Below are positions 14,528 through 28,713 of a stretch of DNA of 64,000 nt, piece after piece. Under the pieces are notes generated by a model, which had not been told where the DNA came from, made no database searches, and saw only the letters and a program-made list of their open reading frames with translations. Each line of letters starts with the position of its first letter. Within the stretch, counting starts at the first letter, position 1. Source of the stretch: Paramecium tetraurelia (Eukaryota); contig CT868418.1 of NCBI GenBank assembly GCA_000165425.1, positions 124,001-188,000 of the forward strand, in the 5' to 3' direction. Made by a program: the position numbers and the translations under genes.

Positions 14528-15081
14528 TCATTCACCTTTTTCTATTTTCTTAAGTTCTTCTGGAGTTAATTCTCTTTTTAGACCAAACAATTTGTGTCCT
14601 TCCTTTATACCTCTCTTAAACCAAGTCTGAGTCACATTGTTGGCGATTAAACCTTTTTCATATGCTTAATCAAGAGACACATCATCGTATGGTTTTTCCT
14701 TGTTATTCACAAATAATGAATACTTTCATGCTATTTTGTATTTTGACTTCATCTACGACTGTTTTGAAAGAAAAAGGTTCGTTGATTGCAAGATTAGCTA
14801 GAATTTTTCTATCTAATTATATGTTAGAATGGTTTAATCCGAAAATAAATTGACTGTAACTTATTCTGTGTTCCCTCACTCCAGCATTGATAGCCTAAAT
14901 CCACTCACGTCCTATTCATGATAATAGACTTACTTAGAATTCTGGGTCTAAGTCTTCTACTCACATATGCATATTGCAATGATTTTTATACTCTGTTCAT
15001 CATTATTTTGGAAGTATTTCTGGCACGTCCTTAGAAGCCCTTGGCCAATTCTAAATACTTTTTTAAACTCCAATTAGCCAT
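14528..15081 (-). CDS. MRPL20: mitochondrial ribosomal protein L20 (bL20 family)
   Basis: LELAKGFQGRA...KSLQYAYVSRR...WIQAINAG...YSQFIFGL...LDRKILANLAINEPFSF; two introns. Confidence 0.9.
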
Positions 15082-15275
15082 AATTAATTAAAAATATTAT
15101 CTCTAAATTTATATAATAGTATTTGAAGATATCGAATTTCTTCCTGTTTGTATTTTTCATTCCCATTATTTGTGCATCATTATTGAATTCTAAGAGGAAT
15201 AATAGAATATAGCCAAAAATAAGGTTTTAGAATGCTGAAAAATTGGCAATATTAATTTAGATTATTATTTTATAA

Positions 15276-16619
15276 ATGGATTAGAGATAAGAAAATTATA
15301 AAGAAGTTTTAATAGATTGGATGTAAGAGATACATTAATTATATGTAGTTATAACTTGAAATACATTTTAAATGCGTATTTAAATAACAAGAACGTTCCT
15401 CCAGGTCACCCAATCTACATTTTGGGCAATCGCATCGATATTGAAAATAATGATATTGAAGTAAAGTTTATAATAACATTAGGATCGTATCAATAAAATT
15501 AAGTAGTTAGTTTAAGATACCATTTGGATTACATACAGAAGGAATTTCCCACCTTTATATTGTAATTTAAGTGATTATTTTTTAAGAATCAAATTACATC
15601 TCAGATACCGGTTGGGGATGTATGCTTAGAGTAGGGTAGATGGCCATGGCTTAAATGCTTAAGAAACACCTAAAAAATCATGGAGATAAGAGAGATGAAG
15701 ATTATGATAACATTTTATTAGCCTTTGCTGATAATGATTCATAAGAGTGTAAGGAGTTTATAGAATTTTAAAATAAAAAGGAGAAACAAAAAGTCCACAA
15801 TTTTATTTGTCCATTCAGCATTTAAAAAATAGCTTATTTAGCTAAAAAAGAATTCAATTTAGATCCAGGGGAATGGTATAAACCCAATTATATACTATTT
15901 CTCCTTGAAGAATTGCACAATACTATACCCATTAGAGGTTAATATTTTAATTATCCAAATTTAGCATCTGAAAATCTCAAATTGTCGGTGTTTAATGACT
16001 CCTGCCTTTTTCTTGATCAATTGATGAACAGAATGTTCGATATCAAATTTGAAACTGATAAAGATCTAGAAGAACAATTGGAAAAGACTTAACTAAAAAG
16101 CAAAAACAGTTTAGCAATATTTGTCTTAACAAGAATTGGTTTAGATGAACCCAATCAAAAATACTTGAAAGTGCTTGATGAACTAATGGAACTACCATAT
16201 TTCTAAGGTATTGTTGGAGGCACACCAAAAAGAGCATTTTATATACTTGGTAGAATTAATGATCATTACATTTACTTGGATCCACATTATGTTTAGGAAG
16301 CTGAGAATAAAGGTCAGATTATTGAAAATAAAATGTTCAATCGAACATCTTACAGTTGCAAATATATTCACTTATTAAATCAAAAGCATGTAGATACCTC
16401 GATGGGACTATCCTATTATATTCGCAATAAAAGTGAATTACTTCAATTTTGGAGAGATGTAAATTCTTTCATTATATTAAGATGAAAAAAATAAAGCAAA
16501 AATCCGATGATTTCTTCATTTTCCTCTCAGATACTACACCTGAGTATGTCGATTATAGCAATTAACTAGAGGAAAGCAGTAACAAACTTAATGATGATGA
16601 TGTTGTATTTTTATAATGA
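15276..16619 (+). CDS. ATG4: autophagy cysteine protease Atg4 (peptidase C54)
   Basis: IWITYRRNFP, SDTGWGCMLR, GIVGGTP, YIYLDPH; several 22-26 nt introns. Confidence 0.93.
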
Positions 16620-16761
16620 AATCCAACTATCTTTATTTTGATTTATATTTCTGCACAATCCATTCTATCCACTTTATAGTGATAATTGATGATTAATTTA
16701 AGAAAGCAATTTAAAACTTAATTTAAATCTTCGAATATATTAATATTAAAAATAAATAATA

Positions 16762-16830
16762 ATGAGAGAAAAGTGGCGAAAGAAGAGAATGCGAAGACTT
16801 AAGAGAAAGAGACGTAAGGCACGTAAGTGA
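16762..16830 (+). CDS. RPL41: ribosomal protein eL41 (22 aa)
   Basis: MREKWRKKRMRRLKRKRRKARK-TGA matches the eL41 consensus MRAKWRKKRMRRLKRKRRK. Confidence 0.93.
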   Translation: MREKWRKKRMRRLKRKRRKARK

Positions 16831-16869
16831 TTACATTATTTGCACATATTCTGGATATATATATTCATT

Positions 16870-17280
16870 TTATATTTCATCTTCATTTCCCATTTCCTCT
16901 TCTGGTTGTTATTCCCTTACTAATTTGGATAAGCCTTAAACTGATTGACTCATATCCCAATAGATGCATTTAATTTTGATAGTCAATATAAATACACCAG
17001 AGGCCAACAAGGGTTAGATCCTCAGAACTAGCCAATTAGTAAAATATTGTCAAAATATTAGGGATTATTGCGAAACCCATAAAATTATAGCATTTTAATA
17101 AATATTGGCAATTTCAATCGTTGTCTGTGATTACTTATGCAATTGTAAATATTTCCAGATTATTCATTCAATTAATAAAGTAAATCATTATTGAAAGATA
17201 TTAAGGAAGCCGAGCTATATTATCGATTGATAGTTTCTAAGTAGAGCTATTAATGAGCTTTCAAGTTTTGCTACCATACA
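16870..17280 (-). pseudogene. possible decayed gene fragment (WD40-like)
   Basis: Fragment QPLLASG...IYWDMSQ...EEEMGNEDE; no continuous frame upstream. Confidence 0.3.
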
Positions 17281-17621
17281 TTTATCAATAATAATTTATT
17301 TTAACATATATTTGTTAATTAATGATCGTTTAATGAATTTTAATAAAATATTTTTATATATACCTAGGCAGAATTATAAATTTATGATAATGTCTAAATC
17401 AATAACCATTTCAGTTGTAATGATTCAAATTATTGAATAAAAATGTAGGATTAAATTATGATATTAATAAAAGAGTTGATTTTAACTTTTAATAAAGTAT
17501 CATGGATATAATGATGATGAGAAATAGTATTATTGTTTATATGATTGTTTAAAGTGAAAATATTAAATTATGAATATTGATTGTAATTTATAATTATAAA
17601 TTTTTGACAGTTTTAAAGAAT

Positions 17622-19417
<1,796 letters not shown>

Positions 19418-19506
19418 AATTAGATTGTCATTTTTAGTTTATAGAAATTAAAACATTTATAATTAATAATCAACAGTAAAAAAATAATAATTTCAAATTA
19501 TTACAA

Positions 19507-19857
19507 ATGCCACCAAAAGTAACACCCAAATCTAATACCATGAAATATAGACAAAACAATCAAAAACTCAAAGGATAAGGGAGAAACATAGACTACAAAA
19601 AGTTCCCTCAACATACAAATAAATCAAGATTAATTTCTAATGGAGACATTAGAAGACTGGCTAGAAGAGGAGGAGTCAAACGAATAAGTTCAGATGTCTA
19701 TGAATTGTCTAAATTGTATATGAAGTTGTACATTTCCAATATTCTTCGTGATTCGATGATCTATGCTAATTATTCAGGAAGGGCTACTATTTTGGCAGAT
19801 GACATTTGCAGAGCTGCAAAAAGAGCTGGACAAACGGCGATTGGATTTACTCGTTGA
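19507..19857 (+). CDS. divergent histone H4 variant (116 aa, intronless)
   Basis: Contains the H4 signature IRRLARRGGVKRIS and downstream NILRD...KRAGQTAIGF; N-tail not H4-like. Confidence 0.88.
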
Positions 19858-19901
19858 AAATATTGTTTATATATTTGAATTTTGCCAATTTTCATTAATA
19901 A

Positions 19902-21201
19902 ATGAATTTTATAAAGTCAATTTTCTCCAAACCTTCAGCACCCTAATAAAAACAACAGCCCAAGAATCCGAATTCTGATTTCTCAATTCTTGATCCGCAA
20001 TTTACCTAAGTGAGATTGAGGGATGCAAAATTGTTAATCAAAGATATGAGGAGATTAGAATAAGTTGTTAATTATCAGCCAGAATCAATCAATGAACAAC
20101 TCAAAAAATGCTACGCTTTACATATTATTTTGAGCAGCGATCAATATTAAGCTATAGACAAGGTGGTAATGTGTTGTGAGAAAAATAATGTAAATAATAC
20201 TATAAAATAGAGATCAAACCAGTTGCACATACTACATAAGCGAGAACAGCAGTTACCACAAATATTAATCAAACATGCTAGATATTGTCAGATTAATAAA
20301 TGATAGCTACTTAATATCAGAATTCCATGTATCTTAATGTCTCTGATGTAATCAAGATTTTATATTTGATTTTTAGCAATTATAACTATATGAACAAATT
20401 CATCAAAATGAATCGGAATTCATGAACACCTATTTCAATTACATCTAGAGGATTACCCAAAATTCTGATATCTACAACTCTTGTAAATTCCATCAATACC
20501 CATATTAAGATGAAACTTTCAATAGAAAATTGTAGTTTTTGTGGCTTTTCAAAATCATTAATATGCTTAATTTTAAATTTGGTTTTTTACCCTATCTGCA
20601 ATTCTCCTTCAATCAAAAAACATAGAATTCATTCATCATCAGAGACATAGCCTATTTAATTTATAAGGATTGCCTATTGGAATATGGGTTCCTGAGAAAT
20701 GAAATAACTGATATGATTGATTCCTATTCATAATTTTAGGTTAGAGATTGTAAATCTAATATGTTCTATTTTAGCTCTACAATTTTATGAATTGGTTGTG
20801 ATCATGCTTGAAATTGATAAAAAAATGAAAATATTCTATGAAATGAGACAGCAATTCGCACTAAATTCCTCATCTGTCAGAGACGTTAAATGGTTTGTTA
20901 TAGAAAAAAAACAGTTAATTGAAATAGAAAACTTTGTTTCCAAGGCTAAATTGCTGAACACTGCTTAATTCAAGAAGAGTCTGATGGTGCCAACTCAAAA
21001 AATCGTTATGGAGAATCTGTAGAAAGTTATGATGGACCCATCTCTAATGGAAAATTCTTTTCTTAAAGTATTTATAGGTCTTATTCAAAGGAACCAACAA
21101 CAGCTAAAAATATTAAGAGGATAAACGAACTCCTTTACTCGCCCTTAAATTCTAAATAAATCAAAATATCAAATCATTCGAGATAATTGTCAAAAAATTG
21201 A
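19902..21201 (+). CDS. hypothetical helical protein, possibly ANTH/ENTH-like
   Basis: Frame restored by about four short introns; LKKCYALHIIL resembles an ANTH helix (weak). Confidence 0.55.
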
Positions 21202-21452
21202 TTAATTTAATCTCAAAACTATTATATTCCATATTAGACTCAAATATCAACATAATAATTTAAAATTTAGGGCTAAATCTAGGTTTATTAATATAGTAAT
21301 TATTTACTGATTAAATATAATTGAATTTGATTCTGAAGGAATTCGTCTCAATCAAGAGAGAATTCATCTATTTTATCAAAGTCTATTCATGAATTAGATT
21401 TTTATATATTAACAGATAATTTGATTTGTTTTATAGTTTTTCAATATATTAA

Positions 21453-22564
21453 TCATCTTCCAGACCAAGAAGCAACTTATTTCTTGAAAATGATTATGAC
21501 TTATTCTAAGATGGCATTCTCTTCATCTCTTTTAGCTTTGGCTTCAGCATAGTCAGCTCTCTTGTTTTCCAAATCAGATTGGGCTTAATCGAGAGCGTCT
21601 TATGATTCTTAGAGTATAATCTTAGACTTTGCTTATTAGGCTAAAGCAGCTTGAATTTACTAAGAAATTAATGTAGGGATATTACAGTAGCAAGTCTGTC
21701 AGCATAGACTTATTTTCTCTCGTATTCCACCTTCAAATTGGCAACCTCTGCCTCACTCAAAGAGACCCATCCAGCTAATTCCCATGAGGCATTGATTTCA
21801 TTGACTTCCAAAGCCTCGAGAGAAGCTTAGAGATTGGCTTCAAGGGATTCCAAAACTGCCAAGACTTTTTCGGCTAAAGTGGCACCTCTGCTAACCTAGG
21901 GAATAAATTAGAATTAATACAGATCCATCTTCTTATTTAGAGGCTAAACTGAGGAAGGATTTGACTTCGTTTTCGTTGAAGAGGTTGCTATAGGCCTTCA
22001 ATTTTTCAGCAACACTTGTGGCTTTTTCTTAGAGGAGTTCGAATGAATCTCCATTAATGATGTAACCAGCAACGTCTTATTTAAGGACTCTGACTACTTC
22101 AAGAGCTTCTCTGTTTTATTTGATTGATCTGACAAAAAGTTAATTGCTCAAACACTATTCATCTAATAAGACTTAAATCTTTCTTGCAATTTCATCTTAT
22201 CTTTATTCGTTCCATGCCAAATAATTCTTTGTGTCTGAGAGTTCTTATTCAAATTAGGCTCTGTTTTCGATTGATTATTAGAAAAGCTTTTAGTTCAAGG
22301 ACTTGATCTTAGTGAATTGTTCAATAGTTCTAGAATTAGATCATGATATTACTGTGCACCAACCCATTCATCTGTTTCATTCTTTTAATCAGCTGCAAAT
22401 TGAGCATCCTTATTTGATTGAATCAGGTCATTCAACAAACCAAAGACTGTGTCAATTGCATCCATAGCTTTTGTTCCTGTTTGAAGTAATGCCATAATTT
22501 AATCATGAGTTGAAGTTGCTGAGGCAATGCTCACCAATAAAAGGATTGCAATGGTAGCTTTCAT
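21453..22564 (-). CDS. trichocyst matrix protein precursor (TMP/GRL family)
   Basis: Signal peptide MKATIAILLLVSIASA, two acidic coiled-coil halves separated by a spacer, biased codon use, three introns, ends KKQVASWSGR. Confidence 0.85.
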
Positions 22565-22786
22565 CTCTAAAATAAATAATATTAATCAACCATCCCCCTC
22601 TAACTATGTTAAATAACAAATACTCTAATTTTTTCAAAAACGGGTATTCCAAAATTAATATAGATCAATCACTTATTTATAATTAAATATTAAATACACT
22701 TAAATGTTACACTTTCCTTGCTCCAAATATCTTGATGAATCAAAAACAGAACAAATCAATTAAACATTTCTATAATACATATAATT

Positions 22787-23560
22787 TCATTAGTTAAAAT
22801 AATTCATAAGTTCCTTTCCAAAGCATTCACACACCCTTTTATGAGCATAGCCCAATTAATGAGAAGACCGTTTAGCATAAATACTAACAATTATGTACTG
22901 AATTCTTTTTAAGTCAATATTCGAATCAATAAATTAAGGATTATTTAGGTATTCCTTATTGATTTGTTATTCAATGCTAAGTATCAGTCTGATATAAGGA
23001 GTCCCAGGAATTATCAATTGAATTTTCCCGAAGTTTGAAGACAATTCTTGATTTCGATACTCTGATTCCGCCGAAGCTATTTCATAACGATACAACTTGT
23101 AATGTTGGCAAAATTGAACCACCTTCTCAAAATTGAATCTCTCTACTCTCTGCTCAAACAAAACCACATATTTTTATATCCCATTATCGATTAATTTTTA
23201 AATGCTCTTTTAAGTAAGAGTTGACAACTAAATCAACTTTAATTCATTGTTGCAAATTGTAAATCGGAAAACCTTCGTATCTATAATCAATTTTATGGCT
23301 AATTTCTCATTCCATGAATCACTCTACTCGAACTAGTGTTGATGACTTATCTCCAGACTCTGACCAATAAACATCTATTTGTTGACCAATTTGATATCCC
23401 TTTATAACAACTAACCACTGTAGTAAGTTTTAATCTACATTTCCTCTATGACGCAGTTTTATAGACAGTCTAATGTAAATGTATGCACCCCAATAATCTT
23501 ATTTCCAATATTATTTCTTTTTAATATTTTCTAATCTACCTCATGTCCACCATTAAAGAC
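22787..23560 (-). CDS. hypothetical protein (5' end unresolved)
   Basis: Long open frame including ORF 22967-23167, ending at TGA ~22787-22789. Confidence 0.5.
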
Positions 23561-23580
23561 CTTTACACAAAATTTAAATT

Positions 23581-25017
23581 TCAAAAGGATTTTATTCAGC
23601 TATATCTACCCACTGTCTATAAACTAGGTGATTTCGTAACTCTGAGATCTCTTTATTAAAATAAGATCCTTTACAATTTAATTATTAATTACAAGATGAT
23701 CATCTTTTAAAAATTCAGTGCTCGTATTATGACTGTTGAATTGAGACATTTGTTATTTGGTATGGTTAATATTTGAGATTTAAGAAGTCAACATAAATTT
23801 AGACTACTACTAAACAGTCTAGTTTATTTATTATGATAAATCTAATTATAATGTAACCGATTGCAATTCGATATTTGTTTACAAATTTACATTCTGCTCA
23901 TTCTACTTTACCTTTTGAATAACAATGCTCAGGCCCTTTGATTTAATTACAATTATCTACAATACAGTAGTAATGATATTGATTATGAAATAAATCGACA
24001 ATAATATCAATACAATAAAGCCTAATTCATAGTTTTCTTATTGGACTAAAACATAGGATGTGATAAGTAAGCAGTATGAAATTATGTTTGTAATGTTTAT
24101 TAGCTTATCCTTTAGATTTTTAGATTTAAATAGAATTAGGAATTACAATACTATCAAAACCCCATTAGCTCCTATTTCTAAATAGAATACTATCACAAAT
24201 TTATTAATGGCTATTGGAATTATGCCCATCAATAGTTCATTAAAAATGCAAATGAAATAATGAACCAAATAAATTGTCTTATTTTATTAAGCAAAAGTGG
24301 CTTTAGTAAAATAATTCAAGAAATCCTTCTTAGATTCATCTTTTATTGTTATCAATGGTCTCATAGTAAAGGCAAGATAAAATAGTAGCAGAATCCCCCC
24401 CATGATACAAAAAATGATATCTAACGGATCTTTTGATGAATTTTGAATAGTTTAGGTTATCTATCCTACGCTACCAAAAGCTAATTCGAAAATGCTCCCT
24501 TCCAAATAATAGATAGTTAGTTCTTGGATCAATTTAGGCCATTTATCATAGAACAATTTAGGGATGCAAAGTAGGATCAATAGTAAGAGAACAAAGAGAG
24601 TGAAATCACAATCATGCAGTAGCGTTGAAGTATAATTTGAATTTAAGTAATATTAATTTTCTACTTAGATGTTTGAATTTGTTCCAAAGATATAATAGTA
24701 TTTACCATTAGTTGAACCTGTTTGATCATAGGGTATTTAGGTACCTTCTGTTCCAAATCTTAGATATGCAAATAAGGCAATTCCACAAAAGTAATATAAA
24801 TTCATCATATACGGTTTGAACATGATAATCAATTTGAAGGGTAAGAGGTTAGTGAGTAGCACATTTGAGATCTCAAAATAAACAAATATTGTACTATTCT
24901 AATAGATCTTATCACTATAAATAATATTCCTATTTGTTCAAAAGAATAAATGGTTTAATTGTAACTATAGAGTGTTTGAGTCTAGTCCTAATAATTTTAA
25001 GGAACGTCTGATAACAT
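23581..25017 (-). CDS. multi-pass (about 7 TM) membrane protein (3' end unresolved)
   Basis: ATG 25017; continuous frame with many hydrophobic helices (LFVLLLLILLCIP, IIFCIMGGILLLFYLAF, LGFIVLILLSIYFII). Confidence 0.6.
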
Positions 25018-25749
25018 TTTTATTTTTGAATTTATGTTAATATTTTTATTTCATAATTATATATTTAACTACAATAGTAATGATTATATTGTAAAATTTT
25101 CAATTTTTTTATATTGTTCGAAAACTCACCTTTTTTATATCTAAGAACGGTTATTTCTTTTCTCAATGATTTTATAAGTGTAATGCAGATCTTAATATTT
25201 TTCTATTGAATATTCTTATTCAATTACTTATAAAATGGTTTTGTAGAATAAACAAAAGCGATCTCAATAGTTTATTATTCTATCTTATATCACAATTTCA
25301 AGGAAGTTAAAAGCTGGAAATTTTGAGTGCTTTTTAATGATTTAATTGTTTCAGGTATTACGGAGTCATAAAATGATTAATAATCTATGTTCAATGACTT
25401 AATAATCTAGAGGGGAGTTTAACTTTCATTATATTTATAAAATGTTTCAAATTTAAGCTAAGAAAATCTCAATTATTATTTGATCTAATACTTCAAAGTT
25501 GATATTTCATTTCGAAGAGACTGCTGTCTGAATACACATAATAATTACAAAAGTAGTTATTTATTTAATACATTTTACAATCTTAAGTTAAATGTTCTTT
25601 ATAATTATTTTGATTAAAATGATCAGGTTATGCTTTTTATAAAGTTCTAATTTAATTTACTGCTTAGCTTCAATAATCTTAGGATTCATTTTACATTTGT
25701 TATTATAATAAGTAAGCCTTTAGACATGTTTAGACAACTTTTTTATTGA

Positions 25750-26340
25750 AAAATTAATGTTGTTTTAAATCATCACTTTCTTCATCTCTCATATAATGTT
25801 GTTGATCATATCTGGAATAGATATAGAATGCAAAGTTGTTCATCAAAAGTATTCTTTACAATAATTCCCCTAAATCTAACATTTGCTTTATTAGAATTAT
25901 AAAGTCTAAGATTAAGGATTCCCTGCATATATGAATATAATAATTTTCTTTTCTCCCTACAAATATTAACAACACAAAATCAGCGATCTTGATATCCCCT
26001 AATAATGATTTTTTATTCTATTTCTACCAATTATCTTTATCTCATTTCTTACGAAATATATATATATTCATTTTCTTTCCTTCAATTACAAAAGTTCATA
26101 AATTATTTTGTTCTTAACATATCAACAAGTTTAAATAATTCATAACCTATTTGTTTCTCATTCATAAAATGAGATTCTTAACCATATATATAAGTCTTTT
26201 CTCAATTATTTTTTCATCCTTGTTTGATTGCAATCAAGCGACCATTATTTAAGTCTTAACCTATATCACCAATTCAATAAATTCGTCTACCAAGTTAATT
26301 GAAATGAGTCCATTTGGTCATCTCCTATATTATTTACACA
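25750..26340 (-). pseudogene. decayed protein kinase pseudogene
   Basis: Remnant motifs IGD, NGRLIAIKQ (~26220-26245) and GDIKIADF (~25975-26000) separated by TGA stops and frameshifts. Confidence 0.55.
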
Positions 26341-26353
26341 TATTAATTTATAA

Positions 26354-27909
26354 ATGATTATAAATACCATCATATTCATATATTTTGTCTAAAGTTTGGC
26401 TAATTACTATGGAACAGCTTAACCAGATATCCAATAAATAATTAAACTAAACTTTACCTAAAAAGTGAACAGTCTTATCATCAAGTTCTACAAAAGAGAA
26501 AATGATGTACTTTGCCTGGTGTCGTAAAATGATTTGGGTTTAACCAAATTAAGTGATTTAGACCTAGGTTATAATCCAAAAGGACCAGAGGTTTATGATT
26601 ATCAAAGTTACAAGGCTAACAGTGAGTATCAACTAATCCAAATTGCTTATGTAGCGATGATCTATATGAAATGTTTTCAACTAAATTAAAATCAACAATA
26701 ACTTATCAGTATAGAAATCTATTATTCTGAAAACTAATTTATATAAGGATGCACAAATGATTGTGATGGCTATAATTATCCTGAAATTTCGAATTCTATT
26801 TGCGTATCACAATAGTGCCATTGTTTAGAAGGAACATTTGGATAATATTGCTAATTTCAATCTGCATAAATATCAAGCAATATTCTTACAACCTTTACAT
26901 TAGATACACATAAATGGAAATATTTTCAATACTAGTTCAGTTCTATTGATATCAATCTATTTTCTTAAAATGTAGAAGAAGAATTATGTATTTAATTGTC
27001 TATAAAATATATAGATTATAGCTTTGTATTAAAGTAAAATCCTTAATTGAAAATTCCAAACTTGAAGGAGAGCCAGAAATTAATATCATTTAATAATATT
27101 TAATAAGAATTAAAGAATTAATAAACTACTGTTTATGTTGATGTAATTTATATAGGATTGTACAATAATTAATCCAAATCCCTCAATATCCAATTTAAGA
27201 TTATCACTAATGATACAGAAGATGAAAGCACTTTTGAAAGAAATAAAATAGTTATTATTGTCACGGGATGTGTTGTTGGAGCATTATTGTTATTTGCTTT
27301 TGGTTTATCAGCTCTCAAATCTCGATAATAAAGATAGTTTCAATAATAAATACAAGAGGCCATACGAAGAAATCTAAACCAAGTCCATAATTTGGATTAA
27401 TTGCAAGCGTAAAGTCCAGAACGCTAACTTCCTTAAATCAATCATAAAGGTAATACTTAAGCAACTTATGAGGTTTCTCGTTAAGGTTTATAAAAGATCA
27501 TTTTAAAGGACATTCCTATGAAAAGATAATTAAAGCATATCCAGGCTTATCACAATTTGAGGAATGTGTTGTGTGTTTAGAATAAATGAAGAAAGCTGCT
27601 ACAAAGTAATAAAAGATTTGTTCTGTAACTCCTTGTTTTCATATTTTTCATTGCATGTGTTTAGAAGAGTGGTTGTTAAGATAGAAAAATTGTCCATTTT
27701 GTAGAACTGAGTACAACAGAAAAAAGATAATCAAAGATTACCCTTGGTTGGAAGTTAACACTCTCAGAGTGAACAATACAGATTCGACTTATTTAAGTCG
27801 CATGAAAAATAACTAAGAAACTGTTAATGAAAGTTAAATTGAATTTGTAAAGCATTAACCTGAAGAATAATAATAAACAAACTAAATGGAAGTAATTAGT
27901 GAATAATGA
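26354..27909 (+). CDS. signal peptide + EGF-like + transmembrane + RING-H2 E3 ubiquitin ligase
   Basis: CTNDC..C...CHC....GQYC; TM IVIIVTGCVVGALLLFAFGL; CVVCLE...PCFHIFHCMCLEEWL....CPFCR. Confidence 0.85.
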
Positions 27910-28083
27910 AAGTATCAAATTATGGTCTATTTTTGATATCATATTTATTGAATAGTAAATATATATGTATAAAAAATCTATTAAATTATAAATAATCAAT
28001 ATTTCCTTATAGACCATAATCCTAACAATATCGATATCTTTAATAAAATCCATAAATTGATTTATAATTATTTTATAATAAAA

Positions 28084-28704
28084 TCAATCTAAATCTAATT
28101 ACATCTCGGTTTATCTAGTATCAATATATTATTCCAAAGGTGCCTGAATGAAACTTGAATCAAGTATTTCTTTTTGAGTTTCTAAAAACTTCTTATGTTA
28201 TCTTCTAGAATATAATCTATAAAAATCCCAAATGGCATAGACACCTAACACAATAAGTACTCTGCCAATAATTGCTTTTGAAGTGAGTTCATCAACAAAT
28301 TAGTATGTTTATTCTTAATGTAATGTTTCATAAGATGGCTTTCTAAAATTGTACCATTTATTTTAATAGTACTCCTTTTTATTTGTGCTATAAAAATAGG
28401 AATCAGGATTCATGTCGTTAGCTGAATGTGCTTCTCCAGATTATTCAAAATTTAATGCATCTGAATCATAGAGTTATCTTTTGATTGGATCCTTGAGTAC
28501 TTGATAGGCCTTAGAGATTTCTTTGAATTTCTCTTCTGATCCAGATTCGCCATTATCAGGATGGTACAACTTAACCAATTTAATATATTGCAATTTGATT
28601 TCCTTGGTTGTTGCCTTTGGAGTAACATCTAAGACTTCGTAATATGTCTTGGGTATTTTGGTTGTGAAAAAAGAGAAGTAATTTATTGATTTTCTTAATA
28701 ACAT
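28084..28704 (-). CDS. J-domain protein with C-terminal TM, probably mitochondrial
   Basis: MLLRKSINYFS presequence-like start; YYEVL...YHPD...FKEISKAYQVL; TM VLIVLGVYAIWDF. Confidence 0.85.
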
Positions 28705-28713
28705 TTAATTATT

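Noticed and set aside
19763..19978. ORF-track 71-aa ORF overlapping the H4 variant
   Set aside because: Alternative-frame artefact spanning two real genes
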